DNA from: Ylistrum balloti
Taxonomy: Eukaryota
Direction of reading: 5' to 3'
Length of the DNA stretch: 64,000 bases
Assembly (NCBI RefSeq): GCF_031769215.1
Contig: NW_026782173.1
Coordinates: 1,736,001-1,800,000 of the forward strand
Part shown: positions 1 through 11,117 of the stretch, in pieces
How positions within the stretch are numbered: position 1 is the stretch's first letter
How the letters are laid out: each line of letters opens with the position of its first letter
The notes under the pieces: model-generated
Told to the model about the DNA's origin: nothing
Database searches by the model: none
The model's input: the letters and a program-made list of their open reading frames with translations, nothing else
Position numbers and translations under genes: made by a program

Positions 1-58
1 TCCTTACTTAAAACATCCTCAACATGTCCTTACTTAAAACATCATCAACATGTCGTTA
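1..58. repeat. Tail of a 26-bp tandem repeat cut by the window edge
   Basis: TCCTTACTTAAAACATCCTCAACATG occurs twice (one mismatch), then decays. Confidence 0.6.
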
Positions 59-780
59 CAAAGTCAAATCTGACTTCAAGAGTACGCTAAATTGTTGATT
101 TTTTTCTGTTTTCCATATTTGTTATATCAGATCCCCTTCAATCTCTGATTAAATAGAATACCTCCGATTCACACACTTCCAGTTCACACTTACTGATGGC
201 AAAGTCTCAAGCATTTCACTTATATATGTTAACAGGAAGCAAAAGAGCTTTCACGTACTTTTTGTTCATATAATTTTTAATTTCCACAGCAATGCTTCAA
301 ATCAAAATAGAACTGGTCTTTTAAATACAGGCCTTAACTTCCTTTTCAATCCACCCACTTCCCTATAAGAAAAATAACCATCGACCATTTAAATAATCAT
401 ATATTTCCTTATAATATGTAAGGTTGAATTCTTTTGAATATTTATTCAACTAGTATCAACACTTTAAGGCACTGTTAATCACATGGACAGATCACTTCTC
501 ATGTAACCTTCTCTTTATCTAATGGCTAGATCTTAAGTCAATATAACCCTATATCCTTCCCAGGGTTACATCAGACTCACAATTACCTCTAACTCAACAA
601 ATGGCTACACTTAACATAACTCATATCCATCACGTCTTCAACAAGTTCAATATTACATCCAGTTCATCAAATGGTCACATCACACTCAATGACCAATTCA
701 TTAACAAGGCTTCATCAGATTCAAAATAATTTATCCATCACAAATCTACATCAGACTCAATGTAATCTCTTATTCATCAC

Positions 781-3585
781 AGGGCTAAATTAGACTCAAT
801 ATTATAACCTCTTTCTTGTCACAGAGCTACATTAGACTCAATATTATAACCTCTTTCTTGTCACAGGGCTACATTAGACTCAATATCATAACCTCTTTCT
901 TGTCACAGGGCTACATTAGACTCAATATTATAACCTCTTTCTTGTCACAGGGCTACATTAGACTCAATATTATAACCTCTTTCTTGTCACAGGGCTTCAT
1001 TAGACTCAATATTATAACCTCTTTCTTGTCACAGAGCTACATTAGACTCAATATTATAACCTCTTTCTTGTCACAGGGCTATGTAAAACTCAATATTATA
1101 ACCTCTTTATTGTCACAGAGCTACATTAGACTCAATATTATAACCTCTTTCTTGTCACAGAGCTACATTAGACTCAATATTATAACCTCTTTCTTGTCAC
1201 AGAGATACATTAGACTAAATATTACCTCTTTCTTGTCACAGAGCTACATTAGACTCAATATTATAACCTCTTTCTTGTCACAGGGCTACATTAGACTCAA
1301 TATTATAACCTCTTTCTTGTCACAGAGCTACATTAGACTAAATATTACCTCTTTCTTGTCACAGAGCTACATTAGACTCAATATTATAACCTCTTTCTTG
1401 TCACAGAGCTACATTAGACTCAATATTATAACCTCTTTCTTGTCACAGGGCTACATTAGACTCAATATCATAACCTCTTTCTTGTCACAGGGCTATGTAA
1501 AACTCAATATTATAACCTCTTTCTTGTCACAGGGCTACATTAGACTCAATATCATAACCTCTTTCTTGTCACAGGGCTACATTAGACTCAATATTATAAC
1601 CTCTTTCTTGTCACAGGGCTACATTAGACTCAATTTTATAACCTCTTTCTTGTTACAGGGCTACATTAGACTCAATATTATAACCTCTTTCTTGTCACAG
1701 GGCTATGTAAAACTCAATATTATAACCTCTTTCTTGTCACAGAGCTACATTAGACTCAATATTATAACCTCTTTCTTGTCACAGAGCTACATTAGACTCA
1801 ATATTATAACCTCTTTCTTGTCACAGAGATACATTAGACTAAATATTACCTCTTTCTTGTCACAGAGCTACATTAGACTCAATATTATAACCTCTTTCTT
1901 GTCACAGAGCTACATTAGACTCAATATTATAACCTCTTTCTTGTCACAGGGCTACATTAGACTCAATATCATAACCTCTTTCTTGTCACAGGGCTACATT
2001 AGACTCAATATTATAACCTCTTTCTTGTCACAGGGCTACATTAGACTCAATATTATAACCTCTTTCTTGTCACAGGGCTTCATTAGACTCAATATTATAA
2101 CCTCTTTCTTGTCACAGAGCTACATTAGACTCAATATTATAACCTCTTTCTTGTCACAGGGCTATGTAAAACTCAATATTATAACCTCTTTATTGTCACA
2201 GAGCTACATTAGACTCAATATTATAACCTCTTTCTTGTCACAGAGCTACATTAGACTCAATATTATAACCTCTTTCTTGTCACAGAGATACATTAGACTA
2301 AATATTACCTCTTTCTTGTCACAGAGCTACATTAGACTCAATATTATAACCTCTTTCTTGTCACAGGGCTACATTAGACTCAATATTATAACCTCTTTCT
2401 TGTCACAGAGCTACATTAGACTAAATATTACCTCTTTCTTGTCACAGAGCTACATTAGACTCAATATTATAACCTCTTTCTTGTCACAGAGCTACATTAG
2501 ACTCAATATTATAACCTCTTTCTTGTCACAGGGCTACATTAGACTCAATATCATAACCTCTTTCTTGTCACAGGGCTATGTAAAACTCAATATTATAACC
2601 TCTTTCTTGTCACAGGGCTACATTAGACTCAATATCATAACCTCTTTCTTGTCACAGGGCTACATTAGACTCAATATTATAACCTCTTTCTTGTCACAGG
2701 GCTACATTAGACTCAATTTTATAACCTCTTTCTTGTTACAGGGCTACATTAGACTCAATATTATAACCTCTTTCTTGTCACAGGGCTATGTAAAACTCAA
2801 TATTATAACCTCTTTCTTGTCACAGAGCTACATTAGACTCAATATTATAACCTCTTTCTTGTCACAGAGCTACATTAGACTCAATATTATAACCTCTTTC
2901 TTGTCACAGAGATACATTAGACTAAATATTACCTCTTTCTTGTCACAGAGCTACATTAGACTCAATATTATAACCTCTTTCTTGTCACAGGGCTACATTA
3001 GACTCAATATTATAACCTCTTTCTTGTCACAGAGCTACATTAGACTAAATATTACCTCTTTCTTGTCACAGAGCTACATTAGACTCAATATTATAACCTC
3101 TTTCTTGTCACAGAGCTACATTAGACTCAATATTATAACATCTTTCTTGTCACAGGGCTACATTAGACTCAATATCATAACCTCTTTCTTGTCACAGGGC
3201 TATGTAAAACTCAATATTATAACCTCTTTCTTGTCACAGGGCTACATTAGACTCAATATCATAACCTCTTTCTTGTCACAGGGCTACATTAGACTCAATA
3301 TTATAACCTCTTTCTTGTCACAGGGCTATGTAAAACTCAATATTATAACCTCTTTCTTGTCACAGGGCTACATTAGACTCAATATCACAACCTCTTTCTT
3401 GTCACAGGGCTACATTAGACTCAATTTTATAACCTCTTTCTTGTTACAGGGCTACATTAGACTCAATATTATAACCTCTTTCTTGTTACAGGGCTACATT
3501 AGACTCAATATTATAACCTCTTTCTTGTCACAGGGCTATGTAAAACTCAATATTATAACCTCTTTCTTGTCACAGGGCTACATTT
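781..3585. repeat. 42-bp minisatellite (~67 copies) with higher-order structure
   Basis: Unit ACATTAGACTCAATATTATAACCTCTTTCTTGTCACAGGGCT plus a 39-bp variant. Diagnostic variants recur 1083 bp apart (AGGGCTTCAT at 991 and 2074) and 624 bp apart. Confidence 0.97.
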
Positions 3586-3599
3586 AATTCAGAATAGCC

Positions 3600-4175
3600 T
3601 ATTCATCACATGACTCCATCATACTCAATATAATGAATCATCACAGACATACGTCATATTCAATATCAACTAAATATCCTATGACATCAGACTCAATATA
3701 ACCTACACATCACAGAGTGATATCAGACTCAATATAACCTACCCATCACAGAGTGATATCAGACTCAATATAACCTGCACATCACAAAGTTATATCAAAC
3801 TCATTATAACCTACCTATCACAGAGTGATATCAGACTCAATATAACCTACACATCACAAAGTTATATCAAACTCAATATAATCTACCCATCACAGAGTTA
3901 TATCAGACTCAATATAACCTATTTATCACAGAGTTACATCACACTCAACATAATCTCCTACCCATCACAGAGTTATATCAGACTCAATATAACCTAACCA
4001 TCACACGACTACATCAGACTCAATATAACCTACCCATCACATGATTACATCAGACTCAATATAACCTAACCATCGCATGACTACATCAGACTCAATGAAA
4101 CCTACCCATCACATGACTACAACAGACTCAATAAAACTATACATCACAGGACTTCCTCTGACTCAATATAATCAT
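3600..4175. repeat. Degenerate 36-bp tandem repeat homologous to the 42-bp unit
   Basis: Unit ~ATCAGACTCAATATAACCTACCCATCACAGAGTTAT aligns to the 42-mer with two 3-bp gaps; similar decayed copies lie at ~520-780. Confidence 0.85.
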
Positions 4176-5904
4176 GAGCACTTCTTATTTTTCATAGGGC
4201 TTCCTCAGACTAAATTTTTGACTTCACTTTAAGTCTTGTCTTTTACAAGGTAATAGACGATACTTCACAATTTCACTATATGGAGAACTATGAGACATTG
4301 GCTTACTGCACAACACAGTAAGTCATACGATGTTAGGATTTACTTAGCGACCGAACCCAATTCTGCATTAGATAATGTAGGGTAAGTAAACAACAAAAAT
4401 TTATTTGTATAGCATATTTCATTTGCATAAAGAGTGAACACATAGATGTCTTGGTAGCCATGAGCCAGAGGCACCATCAGTCAGCGACCCAATAAGTAAA
4501 ATGTAGAGTAGATATGTTTGTTAAGTAAATAAATTAAGATAGGTCGTACCATTTGTAGTTTGTATCAGTTTGACTTCCTGTGGTAGATAAAATGTTAAAA
4601 CAAAAACCACACTACATGTTTATATAGAGGTGTCTAATAACAGGATCACCGTCACCCTGACTTCGACAATCGCAAAAACTTACTGTCAAGTTACAATTGT
4701 AAATAATTTTTTTCAAGCATCATTTAATCTAATAAGTAATTTGTTGTTTGTACACACAGAATTTTACAAATACTGATAATGTAATGAAGAGATATCACAT
4801 GCAGACAACATGTTCTGGTCATCTGTGGGTCAATATATGGTACATAGCCCTATCAGGCTCCACACGACATACAGAGTTGTATGTCATATGACAGGTCAGG
4901 ATGTCGCTATGTTTACTGAAGATTGTTACCTCCATCACTATTCTTAGACCAGTCATGTGACTAGTTTCCCTTATTTGGCAATGAAAAATGACATATATAT
5001 CAATAAAACAGGATGGTATACAAACATTAAAAGCCAACTTGGAGTCAACAGAACTTCACTAGATCTAAACTAGTTAGCTAATTAAACAATTGAATTATAA
5101 ATAGATTTACTAAAGATGGATAATATTACAGCACAAAAAGCCAGAGATGTACTCTTCTTTTCAAAGTAACAAACCTTAACCTAAGACAGGCAACTTTGGC
5201 AAGCACTTTTATCCAGAACACAATACATAATATTTGAGTTTGATTGGCTCGATAGAGCTAAGGTTATTACAAGGAATCCAGTTTTCTATATGTTAACTTT
5301 AATTGCAATGTATGTATAGTTTAAGTTACAATGACCTAAGACAATTCAATTTATCTTCATGCAAGAAACAATTTTTCTATTTGTACTAACTGTGACCTTG
5401 GACTTTGACATCAAAATATGAAAACGCAAAGTCAAGCAGGAACTTTCAGTAAAGTGTCTGAGATTTGAGTATGATGTTTAAGCCTTTGTTTGGATGATGT
5501 AAGTGATGACCAATGCCACCAACCTGATGGCTGTTTTATGCCACAAGAATACTCGACAGCTTTCAGTATTTCCGGCTATAAATCAATCATAAGTAGGGTC
5601 GGGTATTTTTTCCTTCCCATATTCATAACTCAGATATAACAAGTTGTGATGTGAATTTATGAAACCTGTCTTTGAGATTGGCTGAACACATAAGAGGCAC
5701 AATACGTAATTATCTTTAACATTGTCATGTTAGTTAATGAGAGTTCTAAGAGGGATCTTGGCACCCACATTGATCTCTGTTTGTTCCTTACAAGTTGTAT
5801 CTTCTCCCTTCTTTTCTCTTCCCTCCTCTATTTGTTTTCTCCTAATGATACAAGATTTGTACATTCCTTAGCAGAAATAGCAACAAGAATCTTTAATTGT
5901 CAAA

Positions 5905-6245
5905 TCTAAGATGGTCACCTTTCAGCCATTTTTTTCTGATCAGTCCCAAAATCTAGCAGCTACAACTAGGTACCAAGGACAGACTACAAATCAAATTTGA
6001 GAAAGATTGAACTAGTACATCTCAAGAAAGAGTGATAACAAATTTTCATGGTTGAATCCCAAATGGCCACCTGTTAGCCATTTTGTTTTCTGATCAGTCT
6101 TAAAAACAAACGGGCACAACTACTGATAAAGGAAAAGTTATATATGAAATTTGAGAGAGATTCATCAAGTACTTCTTAAAAAATAGTAATATGAAATTTG
6201 AAAGGAATTCACCTAGTACCTTTCAAGAAATAGTGATAACAACTT
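5905..6245. mobile_element. Degenerate interspersed-repeat fragment with two internal related subunits
   Basis: (A)ATGG(T/C)CACC...CAGCCATTTT...TTCTGATCAGTC occurs at ~5910 and ~6062, each followed by AAATTTGAGA...CTAGTAC blocks. Family assignment is from recall only. Confidence 0.45.
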
Positions 6246-7129
6246 CATCATTTAGCCTACATCTATCAGGCCTGAATGTCTGATGTAGTTTGTGTACAAC
6301 CAGATATAAATGAATTGCAAAGCTAAGTTTTATTTTGACAGTTACCCAGCTTCAAAATCACTCAGTCTCAAACTCATCCTGGCTGCTCTTGTGGAATAAA
6401 CTCAACAAGTTAACTTAAACCATATAAACATTTGTGTAACATCCTAGTTATTGATTTTAAATCAAAATTTGCTGTAATGATCCTGACCATGTACCATATT
6501 TTCTAAGTTATAAGTAGCACCAGTATATAAGTTGCAGGGCCAATTTTTATTGATTTTTACAATTTTATACACATATTAACCGCACCAGAATATAAGCCGC
6601 AACCTTTCTTACGTTATGGTAACCACTATTGTTGACATTTGTTGGTATACACTCATGTAGCATCCTTGGTGTCAATTTTAAATAGAAATTTGATGTAACA
6701 ATTCTGATCATGTATACATTTACGTAACATTCTCAGTGTCAATTTAAATAGAAATCTGATGAAATTTAAGATGATATAAAACATCTTTAATGTGACTTTG
6801 ATGGATGTAACACATCCTACAGATGGATTTAACTTGATCGTTTGATGTAAACGGAGAGATTAGACAGAGCATTTTCCTTGAACCTTTAAGGTTAAGAGGA
6901 TTTAGAATGGTAGTTTAGAACATATGATTCTGTAATATGTCACTGCACTGTTTTACATAACAAGGTTTCCTAGTCCTATAAATTTTTTTGTATAATCATC
7001 CCTTGTGTGCTTGAACAGCTGTACACCTGATAGATAGCACAGCTGACTGGTTAAGTATTTTGCAATTCCTTATGTAATACCTATAAAAATATACTCAACT
7101 GTTCGTAAAATTTACATCAGGCACATATT

Positions 7130-9520
7130 TCATAACTGAATACAGGAAATAAGTAGTGGTCCTCCACCAGGTAATGAACATGCAACCCCTGGCAGTTTCA
7201 AGTCTGTCACTCTACCATTCAAGCTGAAGGAAAATTTCCACAAAGCTTTAGAATCTGTATACAACCGAAACCTGCTAACCCACTTTCCCTTTTGTCCCAA
7301 AATACCACATGAACCCAATGTGTCCTTGATCCAATAAAGCTTCTCTTTTTCCTCTAGTTTTGAACTTATGTCTAAAGCACTAAATGTAAGAAGATATACG
7401 TAGTGTTCCTCTACTGGAATCAAACCAAGGCCTCCTTTTTACATGCCTGCCACTCAGCTGATTGAGCTAAAACGAAAATCCCTCTCACAGGAAACTTACA
7501 TGCCGTTTTTGTTCCTTTACAGCCTCAAAAACCTGCCACACAAATAATTTCTGATATACTTACCAAATACTCCAAGCAACAATTTCTCTTTCTAAGTTAA
7601 AATTCCTGAAATTCTGCAAAGATGATTGCAAATGGCCATAACACAATGAAGATCAGTCTCCATATATCTATAGGCTTCCGTATATATTAAATGTCAATAT
7701 TTCCATGTGAAATAATAATGTAGACTATATTCACCATAGACGTCAGTAAAAAGTGACAAAGAAGTGCATCAATTGTAGTTACTGTAAGAAGTAAGACAAT
7801 GTAGACCACAGACAAATATAAAATTGTCCAGGGACTGAAAACTTATCACATCAATCTTAAGTTTACTTAGTTGATAACCTGTAGCTGATGTCCACTGTGG
7901 TCAGTTTTACCCCGTGTGGAAACCAGAGATAAATATAGCTACGTGAAAGAGCATGAAATCCAACCCTGGAATAACAAATATCACACAGTCAAAGTGAAGA
8001 TACAAATTTGATTAGACACAAGATTTCTTGACATCAGTTAAAATTCTTTTGAAAAATCACATTAAAAAACAAAAATTACCTTACTTGATATGCCATGTTA
8101 AGTGTCAATTACAACAAAGACTGGTTTTGGGAAAGTATAATGCATACATACAGATCGAGCTTCACAAATGACTGTTTGTAAATAGCGACTAGTGCCCAAC
8201 CATACAGTTAAGATTTTCTTGAGTTTTATTGAAAACCACAAAGAGAACTTGTGTAGCATTTAATTTGCATGAACTAGCCATGGATTTGATCCACCCAGCC
8301 TCACCCTATGGTGTCAGAAGCAGGGCCTGTTGAGGAACTGGGCCCAATAAGTGAAATTCAGAATCCTCTTTAGAACCAATCTTCTTCTGTAGGAATGACA
8401 GGCTTTTGTTCAAATTTAACGTAAGCATAATGAGGTAAAGAAGAAGCTGGATCTCTCTCACCTGAAGGCACAAGGGTGGGGCCAAATATGGGAAAAGTTT
8501 TTATATCCATTCTTCTGTTAAGAGGAAAGGATTTTGAGCAATTTTGTTCTGAAGCATCATCGAATGGTGGGGAGTCAATGTGTATGGTGAATTGGTAATT
8601 CTGAGAGGCTATACTTAAGGGATTGAGTGCAACAGTTTGGATATAGCCATTTTGGCCAAACCAAACCAGATGAGTGATACAGACCCTATTGACATCTTCT
8701 TTCTGTTTGATTATCTTTCCACAGAATCCGATACATATTACTATACATATTACCATTAGTTGTACAGATCTAAACTGTATAGTACATAGTAATCTAATCA
8801 TGATTTGTAGAGTTATTTCCCTTTCTACATAATCAGGATTTTGATTGTCCCTTCTGCTAAGAGAACAAAAACGTGACTTTATTTGATCTGCTGCACCCAT
8901 TCGCCCATGGGAGGCTTGTATTTCTCTGTCTCTTCTACTATTGTCAACTTCTGGTTATATCTTAATTACATTTAAGCAAATCCTTATGATGGAGGCTCTA
9001 CATCTTAATCTAGACCAAGAAAATTAGCAGAGTCATAAATATTCTTTTACCTTATAATATTATGAAGACAAATGATTTTCAAGACTGGAAAAAAATATTG
9101 ATAAGGAATTTAGAAAAAAGATATACTGGTCTGGTATCAACTTCCTTAGTAAATTGAACTTCATTTTTTTTATTTCAATTTTACAGCAACTTCTGTTAAC
9201 CACTTGAGTCCATTTTCTTCTTTGCTAGTTGCTAGTTTTGAGATGCACCTGACTAATTCATTCACAGAGGAATTTTGAATATTCTACAGTAAACTACAAG
9301 CTACTGAGAATTACTCTTTCATAAATTCTACTGATAAAGCATCTGAGAATAGCAAATTGGAAGTCCCTGGTTTGATCCTTGTTAAAGGCAGTATTAAAAC
9401 AATGTTCTCTGTTACACAAACTACATGGGCTCCCATATAGGGGCCAAGTTATTTCAACAAAGTGAAGGCTAATGAGCTTGGTATCCCTGACATTTGATCT
9501 CTTGCTTAAAAAATACAAAA
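7130..9520 (-). mobile_element. Possible highly decayed non-LTR retrotransposon (L1/Tx1-like) fragments
   Basis: KGGLGL motif at ~7420-7440 on the minus strand; weak endonuclease-like peptides (PLYGSP...RDFQ near 9400, RL/LDYY near 8780). Many stops and frameshifts. Confidence 0.25.
8268..8485. repeat. Dispersed ~215-bp repeat, copy 1
   Basis: CATGAACTAGCC...GGTGTCAGA.GCAGGGC...TTCTTCTGTAGGAATGACAGG...AAGGGTGGGG, repeated directly at 9680-9888. Confidence 0.8.
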
Positions 9521-9679
9521 ATAATGATCTCTGTCACTATCCTTAACCTGCTTCCTGCTAATAATACTGGGAAAAATTCTTTTAATGTAAGTGGTAAAAC
9601 ATCCGATCAGGAAACTAAAAGATCATGAATTGGACTGAACGTTATATTCTGTTATATTCATGGGGATTCTGATGATTTC

Positions 9680-9888
9680 CATGAACTAGCCCTGGATTTG
9701 ACACACCCTTTTGGTGTCAGAGGCAGGGCATGTTGAGAAACTGGGCCAAATAAGCAAAATTCGACAAAATCTTTAGAATTTATATTCTTCTGTAGGAATG
9801 ACAGGTTTTTGTTCATTTTTTGATCTCAAGTATAATAAGGTAAAGAAGCTGGAGCTCTCTCTACCTGGATGCAGAAGGGTGGGGTAAA
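9680..9888. repeat. Dispersed ~215-bp repeat, copy 2
   Basis: Direct, diverged copy of 8268-8485. Confidence 0.8.
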
Positions 9889-10140
9889 AGTGTGATACAT
9901 AAGACATGAGTGGAGATTATACAAGCAATTCCTATGTTATTGTTGATAAAACTACTTCCACCAACGTCCAACTCCTAAGTAATCATTATTGATAGTTCTA
10001 CATGTATGTCCATAGACTGAATAATGCTCCATGCATAGATTACTAAATTTTGTAATTTTACACCAAGAAGAAATTTATTTTGTGCTATGATCTTGATGTA
10101 CACAGACAAAATGTAGACACTCCATTAGATTAACATACAT

Positions 10141-10310
10141 CAGGGCTTTTTTCCACTTGAATCTCATGTTGGGCGAAACAAAAACAAACGGAAAAAAAAC
10201 AATTGGTGAGGAATTTTTTAAAAAGTGAATTTGGCCAAGTTATGAAATAATGTCATTGGGAATGATGCTCAATATATTCATCCCTATGGAGCCCCTGGAA
10301 AAAGGCTTAT
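10141..10310. mobile_element. Possible decayed hAT-like MITE
   Basis: Left end CAGGGCTTTTTTCCA; imperfect inverted copy TGGAAAAAGGCTT at ~10296-10308. No TSD found. Confidence 0.35.
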
Positions 10311-10961
10311 ATGTTTATATAAGTAAGACTCAACAGATTAAACTGATAAGTCAGCTGATAAATGCAGAATACCTGATTTTTTTTGTTCAGCTATCAAACC
10401 TCACTATCGTTTATATGTATAGTACATATATGATATTGTTCTGTCAGAAGGGAATCCGTGATTAAATAAAACTATTCCAGAATCTCTAAATCAACATCAT
10501 GCCTGCTTAGATGTTACTCCTAAATTGTGACGGTCCAAAGTGTCTACATGTACAATAAATTGGACAAGTAACATTTTGTTTTGGCAGGTTTTAAGTCATT
10601 TAAACAAAATTAAAATGTCAGTGGAATAAAACACGTCATTCAAAATTATCAATGAGAGTTCTACCTCTGTATGTGTTTACATACTATTTTTAGTAAGTGG
10701 GGAGCTAGACAGCAAACGCTTACTACAAAACAAACACGGTTATCCAAACTGATGTGCTTCACTCATGCCCTGGACCCAGTGATCACAGAGGTATCTTAGT
10801 TACCCGTTTACGCGTGATTTAAGTCGTGTTAAACTTGTGGTAAGTGTTGTCACCTTGTTAACTTTGAAAATAATTAAACCCCCACCGTATCAACAACATG
10901 AATATTTACCTTTACTGGCAATGACACTGCCATCAGTCTTTCTTGACAGATGCGGGTAGCA

Positions 10962-11027
10962 TCACGTGCTGTGAGAGGCGACGCCACAATTTTGTCACGT
11001 GATGTAAACAGGAAGTTAGAAGGAAGT
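10962..11027 (+). promoter_or_regulatory. SGSH proximal promoter: two CACGTG E-boxes (CLEAR-like) and two GGAAGT ETS-like cores
   Basis: TCACGTG at 10962-10968; GTCACGTGAT at 10994-11003 (9/10 match to CLEAR GTCACGTGAC); GGAAGT at 11011 and 11022; SGSH ATG at 11118. Confidence 0.6.
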
Positions 11028-11117
11028 ATATGGGAAAATACGATGAGTCTCGAAAGCATACTTTGAATCTCTCTGGGTTTTTCTATCTGAAAAAGAGAAT
11101 CTCAATATTAGCTGAAC

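Noticed and set aside
816-3587. 923-aa ORF of SQGYIRLNIITSFL repeats
   Set aside because: Expected from a 42-bp unit with one stop-free frame; starts at TTG inside the array with no unique flanking domain. Treated as non-coding pending expression data.
300-8100. Scattered minus-strand mini-exon candidates (MAYQV near 8080-8096, MSLRLSDFEAG near 6346-6380, acceptor near 362)
   Set aside because: They can be chained in phase but give only a ~39-aa peptide I do not recognise; GTAAGT-type sites occur by chance at this density in AT-rich DNA.
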